Made by a program: the position numbers and the translations under genes. From Pseudogymnoascus verrucosus (taxonomy: Eukaryota), in assembly GCA_001662655.1 (NCBI GenBank), contig KV460260.1: DNA of 64,000 nucleotides. The stretch is one strand, 5' to 3'. This document shows, one piece after another, positions 13,299 to 26,334 of the stretch. Positions within the stretch are counted from its first letter, which is position 1. Each line of letters begins with the position of its first letter. Below the pieces are notes generated by a model. The model did not search any database. It had not been told where the DNA came from and was given only the letters and a program-made list of their open reading frames with translations.

Positions 13299-14572
13299 TC
13301 ACCTCCCCAACTCAACCTGGCTCTTCTTCTTCTCCGCCCCCTCCCTCATCGGTGCCGACGCGCCCTCCTCCTTCCCAGCCTGGAAGCTCTGCATCGGCCT
13401 CAAGCCCCACTTCGCAAAGATCTTGTTATCTTCCTCCCACCCGTTACACGCGGTCGTCAACATCTTCTCACCGGTGAACACCGCATTCGCTCCAGCCATG
13501 AAACACAGAACCTGCTGCTCCTCGCTCAGAATCGTACGGCCGGCCGCAAGACGGATGATGGTCTTTGGCATGATCAGGCGCGCTGCAGCGATGGTGCGCA
13601 GCGTGACGTCGAAGGGGGACTGCTCGCGGTCGCCCAGCGGCGTACCCTTGATTGGTACGAGGGTGTTGACTGGGAACGACTCGGGGTGAGTCGGCATCGT
13701 CGCGACGGTAAAGAGTAATCCGACATGATCCTTTGCCTCCTCACCCAGTCCCAGAATACCGCCAGTGCACACGCTCAAGCCAGCCTCGTTGGCATTCGCG
13801 ATAGTCTGGAGTCTCTCGTCGTACGTGCGAGTAGAGATAACACTCGGGTAGAACTCGCGCGACGTATCGACATTGTGGTTGTACGCTGTCAGCCCAGCCT
13901 CCTTCAGCTCCTTGGCCTGCGCCAGATCGATCATGCCGAGGGTGACACAGCTCTCCATTCCCAGGTCCTTGACGCCCTTGACCATCTCCTTAATATTGCG
14001 TAGGTTTGTTTTGCGCCCGCGCATGTCTCTCCACGCAGCACCCATACAGAAGCGTGTGCTTCCGTTCTCCTTGGCGACGCGGGCAGCGGCGAGCACCGTC
14101 CCGACTTGGATCATTTTCGAGGCCTCGAGGCCGGTATTGTGGCGCGAGGATTGCGCGCAGTAGGAGCAGTCCTCACTGCAGCCGCCGGTCTTGATGTTGA
14201 TCAGCGTGCACATCTGGATTTCGGCTGGGTCGTGGAATTTTTGGTGGACGGCGCCCTGTAGTGGGGGTCAGTAGCTGTTGTGCGGTTTGGGGGGCGGGGG
14301 GTGTATGAGGGACATACAGCAGCGTGGGCAAGCTTCATGAGAGGCGTGTCGTAGATCTCTTTGATCTCCTGCTTTGTCCAGTTGTGCCTGGGAGCCGTCG
14401 CCGTGAGCGCCTTTTCAAACGTGGAAGCTTGACTCGACTGGGCGACTGGGCCGTCAACGACAGTGCCGTAAGCTCTCTGAGCAACCCATTGTGGCTTCGC
14501 AGATGGGATCACAGCTCTGCTTCCATGAGACAATCTCAAAGGTATGCGGACACGAGGCATGGTGGGCGGCAT
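13299..14572 (-). CDS. bioB: Biotin synthase (radical SAM), mitochondrial presequence-like N-terminus
   Basis: CSEDCSYC radical-SAM motif, RFCMGAAWRD, YNHNVDTS, HPESFPVN, IIRLAAGR, FTGEKMLTT; intron 14256-14317; Arg-rich N-terminus. Start ATG is at 14572 or 14560. Confidence 0.96.
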
Positions 14573-15232
14573 CGTCGTTGTTGTTGTTGTTGTTGGTTGT
14601 GATGTGACTCTCACATCTGTTGAGGCGGGTCGTCAAGGCTTATAACAAGCACCCCGCCGTTCCTGGCCGAGGGTGGGGGCTCAGTGTGGGCTCAGGGTGT
14701 AATCAAGCGGGGAGCTCCTGTTGGGCCAATCGGGTTGGGCACGGCTAGTCGGCGGATATCGCAGGGACGGGTGGGAATCGGAAATCTCAAGTCATCAACA
14801 AATCTTGAGATATATCGGAGTTGCACGTGCACCGAGCCAATCATCAGGCGTGTATTACCACATTAAATAACAATTTCGAGTTTTGAATTTTGTCAATTTA
14901 CGCTTTTCTAAACCCACACCAGGCGCTGAAATCATTAATCACGTGTGTCTATGCTCACCACTTTTCCCATACTATTCTCCGAAACTGTTAACCTTAAACT
15001 GAGCCATCAAGCTATGTAAGTTTGTTGTTTCCCATGGTTAGACAGGAGGCTAAAGTCTAGCCTTCTGCGTTGACAACGAGCTACCATCGTGGTAGCTTCT
15101 TAGCCCTGTCCTAAAAGTGTTAGCCCACAACGCCCCCTTTTCGCCGATTTATATGCTGCACAAGACGGCACACCAGATTTATCAAAGGTCCACTGAGGAT
15201 TACTTTATCATATTACCCCCATCGTACCTCGT

Positions 15233-16792
15233 TTAGTAGTCCGAATGATAAACGAAGGAATTCGTATCTATGACCGTTTCTTCGCGGAAGCGATATCGTT
15301 CTGGGCCGAGATTATACAGGTCGTGTCGATCCTGGTCGTAGCTGTAGTTACGGCATTTATCCAGTTCCACATCATAGATGCATATGTGAATCCAAAACCC
15401 TTTCCTCCTCCCTTCAACTCCCGAATCTAATACTCCATCGGATACATCCTCAATTCTCCCTGGCGTGTTTCTCCAACATTTCAGTCCCTCAACATCTGCG
15501 CGATGCATTCTTGTCTCCTCCTTTCCCTGTTTCTCCATCAGGAAGCAGTCAATCGCCACATACCAATCCCACTGCGGGCACGTTAGAGTGACATCTGTGG
15601 TAGGTGGCGCAATTTTCTCCAGGAGCGTATCCACTTTAGGTAGAAAGTGGTGATGCAGTCTATGACCGAGGATTTTCTGGTCCTCATAGGGCCAAACTAT
15701 TCCGAGCGAGCAGTCTTCTTCACCGCTTACTAACTCTTCAAAGGAAATGCGCAAAAATTGCAGACACGGGAATATTGGCCTGGTTGGAGATTTGTGTTGA
15801 GAATTGTTGCTGCTGGTGAACCCAAGCTCAAGTGGTAATATTTTCGGCTCCCAAACTAATTCAAGTGATGTGATGTCTTCCAGCCTCTGCCGAGAAACAA
15901 CATCCTGGATGCTCCGCATGAGGACCGGCGATGCGATATGGATGGTATTAGTTCTGTAGAGGATATCTATACCTTCAAGATAACTAAATCATATGCAATT
16001 AGTTACTAGGCCAAACGGGATATGGACGACCCGGCTGTCTCCAGGCCATGGGCTCGGAGGTCTACTCACGCCTGTTTGCAAGACAACAGCCAACCCGTAA
16101 TACCAATCTGGCATTTACCTGGCCACTGCCCTGGCCATGTTTTACATGTCCCTGACCCCTTAAGACAACTTTCCTTCAGGATTGAAAAAGGGACTCCCCA
16201 GATAGGTACGTCTCCTTCCAAGTGGCAAATGGGTTGCATAAGGAGGAAACCTGTGGCAGACGCAGCTAAACCATCTCCAATCCTTCTTTTCCCCTTTAGT
16301 TATTTCTCTAACTGGGTTCATGGAAGTGCCTTCAATCCTGGCATGATAGTCATAAAACAAACACTCGTCGGCGAGCTCAAGTGGGTACCGGAACTGAAGG
16401 TCCATATGGACCGTCTGATCGCCAAAGGCCTGCATCAGAATTTGGCGACGGATCTCGAACGGAATGCGATGGAACAAGATATTTTCGCTTTTTCTAGTAA
16501 TGTCCTGGTTCTGTTCCTGATGCGGAACGACTGAAATGGTATTCCCCGCCCGGAAAGCAAACTGCTGGAGCCCATTTGTCTTCCTGTTGCGAGACGACCA
16601 GGGCCAGATAAAACTCAACAAGTAGGCAGAAATCAGGTAGCCCTTGACAACCACAGCTAGTAGAAAACAAAGAATGAATAAGAAACTAGCCCAGATGTTA
16701 TTTAAACAAGACTGTATGCGATTGTCCGCGGGAGTGGCCCAGTCTGACCAGGTGTCGAGCAGCTCCCGCATCTCGGCTCGGATGGACATCAT
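15233..16792 (-). pseudogene. Conserved fungal hypothetical protein (DUF7730/F-box-like), frameshifted near 16170-16210
   Basis: FHRIPFEIRRQIL...FGDQTVHMDL and WRWFSCVCHR. After a frame change it reads CLKG...WPGQWPGKCQIGITGWLLSCKQA, then an intron, then YLEGIDILYRTNTIHI, which joins the 15233-15919 ORF. Confidence 0.6.
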
Positions 16793-17188
16793 CGTGAAAA
16801 TGGCTATAACTCATGGCAATATGCCTTGGTTGTGGATGAGTTGAGTCTCCTTACATGTTGACATCGTGATTCTCAGCTCGATTTTCAAAAGTGCACAGGC
16901 GCATCGGGCTTTGTATTTTCCCGGAAGGAGTATGCATGGCGGTGGGGTGCTATGCTCGACGGATGCCTAGACTTGATGGATGCCAGTACTGGATCGATGG
17001 ATGCAATGGGCCCCCAAAGTAAATACAATAATATAGTCGATGGTTACTCATAAGTCCATTAGTTATTAATCCGAGGTGTATTTTCCAACCTTTTCCAGTA
17101 ATTCAATATAATATGTACTTTCTTGTATAAATAGCCCATAATTTTTTATTTAATTTAATTCATCTAAATTAGTGACAGGCCTAAGAGC

Positions 17189-19069
17189 TTATGCTATATA
17201 ATTATACCTTTTCCCTTCAACAATCAAACCCCGCTCTTTTAACTCCATTGTCTTTCTATTATATGCCGTATAAATCCAAACCTGAACACCAGCTAGCACA
17301 AGTCCAGCTACTGAGACACCAATCATAATCTCCAATCCACGCGAGTATAGGGGCAGGTCCTTTTCCTGAAAGTACTGTGTTCCATACATCAAGCCTGAGA
17401 TGGCAGACATCACCCAGAGCCTGTAAAATCAAATTAGCCTTCGGTTCGCGCTGCGAATCTCTGACAACTGCCCCCATAATATACAGCGGATTTTTAAACT
17501 TACGCAATACTGATACTCCTCTCCGCTGGATCGTGGCAGTTCAGCTGCAACCACGTATTCTGCACTGGGTGATACCCGACTGCAAACGCGTTCACAGCTG
17601 TCCATAGTCCCCAACGACTCCATTTTCCCACGTGTGGCTGTGTCGCACGAGCTACTACTAAAGTGGTAATATAGCAGCTTATGGCGATCATGACCATGAG
17701 ACCGCGTCGGTTCGTGTAATCACTTAGACGCGCGAAGAGAAAAACAATTCCAAGGGCGATGACGGGCCCAATGCAAGCAAGTGCGTTGGCGCTGGTGCGG
17801 TCAAAACCCAGTGACCTAGAATAAGTCAGCAAATTATGGTGATTTTTGCAACTAGAGAGAAGAATGAGAGTTGGCATACATGATAATTGTTGGAGTGTAA
17901 GTTGTTAGCGAGCTCCATGTCGAGAATACAAGACTCGTAGACACAAGATGCGGCCAGCGGCGCCAGTGTGATAATGTTTTCCAGACTTTAGCTGGTGTGA
18001 TACGTATATGCTGGGGCTCGTAAGACTTGTTTGGAAGATCGGCTGCGATTCGTTCTTGAAGGAGCGCGCCATCGGACTCTGAGATGCGCACAAGGCCCTC
18101 GAAAAAGAGAGGACGGGGACGTTCGGGTGAACCAGGGAGAAGTAATCCCATGAGGAGGCCAACGGTAATAGTGAAGATACCCTCAACTATGTTCGGAGTC
18201 AGTACAATATATGGATATGGGTCCATTAGTCCTGGAGGAGAATACAACATACGGAGAAAAATCCACTGCCAACCCGGCCGTCCATGTGTACCTCCGAGCT
18301 TCAAAATACCAGACGCGAGTAGGGGGCTCAATGCATTCCCTCCGAACATGCCGAAGAAAAATATTGCTACTCGCGTGGCCAATTCTTTATGTCGGTACCA
18401 GGTAGAGAGGGTGTATATGGCACCTGGTATGTATCCAGCTTCGGCCAACCCCAGGAAGCTCCTTATGATAAGAAACCCAGTTCTGTCGCGTACAAATATC
18501 TGTAGAGTCGCTATCAAACCAAAGATAACAACTTGGATACTGATGTATATTCGAGGCCCGATCTAGAACCCATGAGTATGCTGTTCCGTTTTTGATCGGA
18601 CCTTGATAGGATTGGAGCGTAACTAACCCGTTGGAGCAGCATGTTCGAGGGAATTTCAAGGACTACAATACCAAGAAACATCATCTGGTTCCCGAGATTG
18701 ACGTCGGCTTGGGTGATTTTAATGTCGGCTTTGAGGCCGGCTGTGAGAGCGCTGGCGAGATTCATACGGTCAAGCTGGAAGACGAATAAACCAAGAAATA
18801 GAAGTGGGAGGACGGAGAGATCAACTCTGTAGGGAAGTTAGCCAGGCCTGCGGATTTCCGATTTCTTGAGAATAGTCTGACCTCGATCGAGCGTGCAATG
18901 AAGCTGCTGTGTCTACATTGTCGCTGGCAGCCTGGATTGATGGGGGGCCGCTCGTAGATTCCGTAATACCTGAAGACTTCTCCAAGTCCCGAATTGAAGC
19001 TGATGCAGTGCCTGGAGAGTCTATGATTACTGAGGACTTCAAGTCTGCGGAATCTGGAGTGGCGACCAT
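17189..19069 (-). CDS. MFS transporter, anion:cation symporter (Dal5/allantoate permease) family, alternative-sulfate-transporter-like
   Basis: VDLSVLPLLFLG...FQLDRMNLASAL, LEIPSNMLLQRIGP, GLAEAGYIPG, GRPGWQWIFL.EG; five introns that splice in frame. Confidence 0.85.
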
Positions 19070-19612
19070 AATTACACAGGTTGAAGGGGCGTATACAGTA
19101 AGTCAGGGAGACAAGAAAAAGACAAGAACTCAAACACGGAAAGGGAGTGGGGTAAGATATCTATCAACCTTCAATATCCTGATCACACAATCCTATAACT
19201 AACTGCGTACGTACTTCCACATGGCAGCAAGGATGCAAGGTATTCCATGCCCCAACGAAGATAAAGCGCCTCCTAATGGGCGATACAGAATAAACTCCCA
19301 GCCCACATGCACCCCATGTATTCAGTGTCAATTAACGGCAATTCAAATTACTCTATTGTGCGGTTTGTTCTTGTATGCGATAAGAAAGCTCATAATCACG
19401 CCTTACACCCACTCCATTACGCACTTCGAGTCTTGCCCCACATCTAACACTAAAATCCAAACCCCGACGGCCTTAATGATGGCCCATAAGTTTTCCGTCT
19501 GCTAAATAAAATCGACGGCTTTTGGCGGTTTTGGAGATTTTATATCAAAATCTTTTCTATTTTCTTGTCCTTCGGTATTTTATATTCTCCGTTATCTCAG
19601 AACCAAGACATT

Positions 19613-21327
19613 ATGCCTGGAATCAAAAGGGTAGCTGTTATTGGCGCGGGCCCTGCCGGTGCTATCGCTGTAGACGCATTAGCGCAGGAACAGGCGTTTG
19701 ACGTCATTCGCGTCTTTGAGCGTCGGGAGAAGGTCGGTGGATGTTGGTATGTAGGCAACTGAGACTCACTGCACGCCCTCTTTTTGGTTATAGATCTTTA
19801 TAGATTTTATAATCCTATACCACAACAGCATAATGGATTTGGAAATGCTAACCTTCTTATTTCAGGGTCCAAGACCCGGCCCACAGATCCCCTCAGCTCC
19901 CCGATTTCAAAACACTCGCCAGTCGCACCGCAGACAAACCACATGATATACCTTCCTCTCTCCCAACATATGTTCCGCGCTCAACCCAGTACCGCCATGA
20001 TGAAACATCCGTGTATCCGCTGCTCGAGACAAATATCGACTATCATACGATGGAGTTCTCACAAGAGCCCATCCCCGTGAAACAGACGTCACGGTCGATC
20101 CAACGGCACGGCCCCAGTACCCCTTTCCGCCATCACACAGTGGTTCAAGAGTATATCGAAGGACTGCTGGATAGAAAAGGGTACAAGGATTTTGTGGAAT
20201 GCGGAGTGACTGTGGAGAGGGTTGAGAAGGTCAATGGAAGTTGGAAGCTGACGCTGAGAAAGGCGGGGTCGGAGCGTGATTACTGGTGGGCGGAGGAGTT
20301 TGATGCGGTGGTGGTGGCGAGTGGACATTATACGGTTCCGCATGTTCCCTATATTGACGGGTTAGAAGAATTCGCCAGTGCATATCCGGGGTCGGTGGAG
20401 CATAGTAAGGGATACAGGGGAGCGGAGAAATATCGACAAAAGGTACGTTTGACTGACAAGAAAACATCGTTGAGCTTTGTTTTGGCATGTCTATATACTA
20501 AAGCCGAAGTAGAATGTTGTTGTGATTGGCGCATCAGTCTCCGGGATGGACATTGCCCGAGACCTCATTGGAGTTGCCCAGCACCCGGTAAATGCTGTCG
20601 TGCGAGGAAAATGGCATCCTTATTTCGGCAAGTCTGCTTTCGACCATACCGACATCAAGACGCGGTCAGCTATCAAAAGGATCGAAAGCACAGGGGGGCG
20701 CAGGACCATCTTTTTCGAAGACGGGTCGCACATTGACAATGTCGACAATATTATCTTTGGCACGGGTTACTCGTGGACCCTGCCTTTTCTTCCTGACTTC
20801 CCGGTCATAAATAATCGCCTGCCAGGTCTCTACCTACATATTTTTCAGCGACAGGATCCCACCCTCGCATTCGTTGGCGCTGTGAGTAGTACCCCCCGAA
20901 ATCTAATCTCCCTGCATATTCAAAAGAACAAACGACTAATTTTCATTCAACTCTATAGATTGCTGCTGGCTTTACATTTAAAGCTTTTGAGTGGCAAGCT
21001 GTGCTTGCAGCCCGATATTTTGCTGGCCGCGTAGAGCTCCCGTCAATCGCAGAGCAGGAGAAGTGGGAGACGGACCGCATCGCAGTCAAGGGCGACGGCG
21101 TTCCCTTTACCGCGCTGTACCCTAACTTCGAGGAATATTTCGAGACTGTGAGGCAGCTTGCCGGTGAACCTGCGCCGGGGCAGCCTGGAAGGAGACTTCC
21201 CAAGTTTGGGAAGGGCTGGAGGGAGTTGTTCGACGGGGGTCACCAGAGAAGGATTGAAGCGTGGAAGAAGGAAAATGAGGCGCGATCTGGGGCAGGAAAT
21301 TCTATAGCTGTAAAAGCTAGATTGTGA
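19613..21327 (+). CDS. Flavin-containing monooxygenase (FMO-like), C-terminal PTS1 (-ARL)
   Basis: VAVIGAGPAG (FAD), FERREKVGGCW, FDAVVVASGHY, FMO motif YPGSVEHSKGYR, IGASVSG (NADPH), IIFGTGY; three introns; ends AVKARL*. Confidence 0.9.
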
Positions 21328-21878
21328 TATACTATCCAACCAAAGAAGTAACTACATGAAAGCAATAACGGAAATCGCGTGAAATGGCGCCTGTAGTGGT
21401 TGAGGTTCAAATACAGTAGTGTGGAGGCGGGGTAGATGAGATTAGATTGGCGTGCATTAAATTTGGCACGGGCCACAATGTGTCCCATTTGGCAGTCGCC
21501 ACCTATGAGGCCTCCACTCCTGCCGCTGGTGGAGAAAGGTTGGTGGAGGCGACCGGCATATATATTTAGGTACAGCCCACACACATCACAAAGCCAGACA
21601 TCACTTCTTTCACATTCGCACCTTACATGCTTTGCTGACTGTTCATAGAGCCTCACATTGTTCTAGTCCGCGACACTCCCATGTCTGGGCCTACCCATTC
21701 CCCGCCGTTTTGCTCCTGTGGCTATCGAGGTCTTCAAGAGCGATAATAGTAAACTACAAAGGTACTGTTGTATGAACGACAGTTGATTTTTATACTGTAC
21801 ACTCGATTTTTGGTATAAAGAAAAGAGCTCTATCAGTACGGCTTTAAACGCTCTATCATAACATCCTATCATCTAATT

Positions 21879-23374
21879 CTAGAGTTTAGATGGCTCCCCA
21901 AGTGCGGCTGTCTGTTGCTTATAAAGCTTCACCAGCTGGCGAACCGCAAGATCAAACATCACGTCCTCGCTGCCACCAGGGATACGGGCACCGGGCACTT
22001 CACGGTAAATTTCTGGCATACGTTAGTACTGGGCACTGGGAGACAATATAAGTGGGATATCCTTACTCTCGACAAGCTCTCCTTGGCCCGTTCTGGTGTA
22101 ACCGTTTCCTCCGAATAATAGAACAGCGCATCTCGCGCATTCGTCGAATACCCTTCCGGCTTGTGCTTTCACCATTGCTGTGAGACCGCCCAATTTGAGA
22201 TCCGCCTCAGCCTTGCTCAGCTTGGTCATCTGGTACACAAACTGATCGACCCAAGCAGACTGACTCTCGAGCTCAGCGCCGCATTTTGCAAGGCGGTTTC
22301 TTACAACGGGTTGATCCATCAAAGTCTTTCCGAAGGCCTCTCTCTTCAAGCAGTACTCGAATGCAGCAGCCAGCGCCACGCGAGATTGGCGGGTGACACC
22401 AATTGCAATGGTCAGGCGCTCGTGGTTGAAGTTCGTCATCACGTACTTCATACCCAGACCCTCCTCACCAATCAGATTCTCAACGGGAACCTTGACATCG
22501 TCAAGCTCGATGTAAGTGGTACCAGCGCAGATTTGACCAGCGACCTTGAGTCTCCGCATGGTGACTCCTGGGTAACCCTTCAATGGCACCTGGATCATGG
22601 AGATGCCAGCGGGTCCAGGGCCGCCAGTTCGGACAGCCATAGCCGAGTAGTCGGCCCAGATACCATTGGTGATCCTATACAGATTAGCCAATTGCGCTTA
22701 CAGGTAAAAAAATTGTTAGCATACCATTTCTTAGTTCCGTTGATAATGTAATGCTTGCCATCCTTGGTCTTGATAGCGGTGGTTGTGATGTTAGCGACAT
22801 CAGAACCAGCATCAGGCTCCGTAATAGCAATGCAAGTACGCTTTCTCCCTGTGAGAAGGTCGGGAAGAAAGCGTTCTTGGAGCTGTTGATTTCCAAACTT
22901 GATGACGGGGGCAACACCAAAAGCCATGCCCACAGTGACCGAGGCGGATGGACCAGCAAGACCAGAACGTGCCATCTTCACGGGAAAAAATCATGTCAGC
23001 TGATGTTATTAATCGGAATCGTAAAATAGAGTAAATACCTCATCAACGTAGATTGCGGTGTGCAAATAATCCCAGTCCTCAACCTTGATTCCTCCAGGCA
23101 TCTCGTGGATCCCCAGCTTCTTCAACCATGCCACGGGTAGCGGCGCGGGAAGGTTGGGAATCAGAAAGTTGTTGTCCGCAAACTTCTTGAAGACATGCTC
23201 GGGGACAGTTTCTTCACGCTCCCACTCCATCGCATGCTTGAGAAGGTTCTCCTCCATGAACGCGCGGCAGGTCTTTTGCCATTTCAGATGCGACGGGCTG
23301 TAGTACGGAGATGGGAACCCGCTCAGGTACGGCGGCTCCGAGAAAGGGATTACGGCGCGATCGGTGGTAGACAT
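21879..23374 (-). CDS. Acyl-CoA dehydrogenase, C-terminal PTS1 (-SKL)
   Basis: IAITEPDAGSDV, INGTKKWITNG, NFNHERL, REAFGKTL.DQPVVR, LFGGNGY, IPGGSEDVM. The last exon ends GEPSKL-TAG (21879-21881). Confidence 0.92.
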
Positions 23375-23826
23375 GGTGAATTATTTGATTTTGATGTTCT
23401 AGATGGTTGATTGTAAGTTGTGGCGTGAAGATATGCTTCATATATATCTGTTGGCTGAGAGGCACCCGAGGCTTGAGTCGGTTAACCCGAACCCCTCTCC
23501 AGTGAGTGGTCGATTTGGATGCAGGTAGTCACATGCCGCCATGGGTCTAATTAACCGTTCTGTTTGTGCTGTGCATAACAGGAGTCTACATTGCCGAATT
23601 TACTAAAATAGACTTTTGATACACTTTTGGCACAGTTCGTGCAGAAAGAGCTCATATCTGCCAAGAATGGACAGGGGAGCTTCCTGAAGAGGTGCAGGTG
23701 AGAGATGAGAAAGATCCAAATCACGTGTAGACACATTGAGGAAGCTGATGCTATTTATCCAATTAAATAATAGCCAGGAAAATTTACAATCTATCATTCT
23801 ATGGAAACACTATCTGCTAGGAGATA

Positions 23827-25682
23827 TTACAGCTTCGCTGTGGTCTTCTTTGAAACATCTCTCAGTTCTCGGCGTAGAATTTTTCCGGACGCATTTTTGG
23901 GAATTGCATCCACAAAAACGACGCCGCCTCTTAGCTGCTTGTAGCTTGCCACTTTAGACTTTACAAAGGACTTGATCTCTTCCTCGGAGATTTTCTTGCC
24001 CACAACTACGAATGCGCGGGGCACTTCTGTTCCGTCCTGCTCGACACCAATCACGGCGGCATCTAGAATGATCGGATGCGAGAGAAGGATAGCTTCTAGT
24101 TCAGCTGGAGCAACCTGAAGACCCTTGTATTTGATAAGTTCCTGCGAATGTCAGTACATGAACTTTGCGGAGAAAATTGGTTGATATGCTTTACCTTCTT
24201 TCGGTCCACAATGTAGACTAAACCATTACGTATCTCCGCAATGTCTCCGGTCAAGAACCATCCGTTAACGAAAGCTTCCTCTGTCACCTTGGGGCTATTA
24301 TGGTATCCTCTGGTGACCACAGGGCCTTTGACGAGAACTTCTCCACGTTGCCCCGCAGCAACATCCTTTCCATCGTCATCGACAAGTCTAAGAGTTCAGA
24401 GTTAACACCGAAATATATAAAGTGATCAAAATACTAACCTCAACTGCATATTAGGAAGTACCGGGCTGACACTGCCGGTATCGTCATTCATACCCCAAGG
24501 CATTGCTGTAACACTACCAGTCGTCTCACTCAATCCCCAAGTCTGACTTATAAACGTCGTCCCCCTGCCCAGTTTCTGACTCGCCGCGTACTGAAGCTCT
24601 TTTCCGAGGGGTGCAGCTCCACTAACTGCAATCTCCAGGTGTTCGAATTGGTCTGTTACTGCTGGAGATTTGGCAATCAAGAGGTAGATAGGAGGGACGC
24701 TGAAGAAAAAGGTGATTCGGTAGCGCTTGTTGAAGTCCAAAAACTTTTGGAAGTCAAACTTGGGCATCCAGTATACTGGGCCACCCATGTAGAATGGGTT
24801 GATGAAATACCCCTGAACTCCAGCTATGTGGGCGGCTGGCAGATGGGCGAGGGTCCTGTATTCGAATGGGGTGCCGCGCTGCGCTGTATACTCTCTACCG
24901 AGCTCGCCGGTAATGAAGGCCGCTGATACTATATTCGAATGGGACAAAAGAACTCCTGTTGTATGGCTGATTAGCTCAAGTATCAAGGGGCGGATATATG
25001 GGGGAGACAACCCTTTGGAGGCCCAGTGGTTCCGGACGAGTAAAGAAGGCATACAAGGCTATTTTCAAGCTCCTCTTTGTTTGTGATCCTCTTCCAATCG
25101 AGTTTCTCGTTAGAAATGCAGTTTTGATTGTTCCCAAGTGACGTCAAGCCCCATTCCGGGCTGGATTTCAGACACAACACCCGGTTGAGAGGAATGCCAC
25201 ACTGCTTCGCTGCTGCCACGGCAACTTCCTGGGTGTCAGGGCTGCAAACTAACAAGTTGCTGCCTCCTTGAGTAACTTGACGCGCCAATTCGGGTGTCGT
25301 AAAGGATGAACTCGCAGCAGAGTACACGCCACCTGCAGCGACAACTCCGTAAAAGAAAACCGGTAGAAGAGGCTGGCCAGATGATATACACACGACAACA
25401 TCTTTACCAGGGCCCGACGCACCAATGTTGAAGTTGCGTCTTAGTCCATGGGCGATTCTCTGGGTCAAGTCTCGTGCTTGCGATTTAGTGACGGAGTTGG
25501 CATCGTTGCCGGCTTCAATATGAATCTTGGTGTCCTCAGCCGCGTCACAATGTTTCGAGTCTATAATATAAATTAATTGGTTTGGTTTCCAGGTGGCAAA
25601 CAGAGCTCAGGTACGAACCGAACAGGAGGGACAAGACATCTACGTCAGGCACGGTGTAGTTTTGGTCTGCTTGGTAAACCAT
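23827..25682 (-). CDS. AMP-dependent CoA ligase (4-coumarate/phenylacetate-CoA ligase-like), C-terminal PTS1 (-AKL)
   Basis: [62 protein letters not shown]; starts MVYQADQ at 25682; ends KTTAKL*. Confidence 0.92.
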
Positions 25683-26334
25683 AGTGACGATTTGAATGAT
25701 AACTCTACGCTGATTTGAAGATAATCTACGTGTAACTTGCTTTGATATCGAATAATTATGTCCTAAAAATGGGTCAATGAGCTGGTAATCAGGAACAACA
25801 TTATGAAAGTTGAGTGGATTTGGGTGGATATCACAGGTCCTTCGGTTGCCATGGCCGAGGTTTTTGACGGTAAACTGATAGGGTAAAGCACGACAGCGGT
25901 GCGGGGTGGTGGCTGGGTCTGGGGAAGAAAACGAGGGGAACCCTGCAAGGATGATTGCCGAGGGTGAGCATTACAGATTTAGTACGGGCATAAAATAATT
26001 ATGTTTAAGGTTGCATAGAAGAAGCTATGGCGTTAACTGCACGATGACTTTTTGGCAGTACCTTGGGGGATATTACTACTCTGGTGCACTGACGTATCTG
26101 AGGCAATTGGTCAACATCCTCTCCCTGATGATAAGCTCACGCACGACATCCATGGCATACATAGGACTGGTTTCATCCGAAGTGCTCGATGCAACAGTAA
26201 CCTAACATTGCGATAACTAAATCATGAAATATGTCATGTCGTGTCGTGATGAAGCTATCCAATAGCTCACTTGCTTTAGCGCATAAAATAAACGCCAGAC
26301 GCCGAAAAAACTCCCAACCCATGCTACCCCAACC

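Noticed and set aside
13233..14194. Plus-strand ORFs overlapping bioB (likewise antisense ORFs over bioDA, the acyl-CoA dehydrogenase, the cupin and PL11)
   Set aside because: Shadow ORFs caused by GC-rich codon bias on the opposite strand; no recognisable motifs.
14573..14614. Poly-Thr N-terminal extension of biotin synthase
   Set aside because: It derives from a (CAA)n microsatellite upstream of the first ATG and the ORF-track start is a GTG; treated as 5'UTR.
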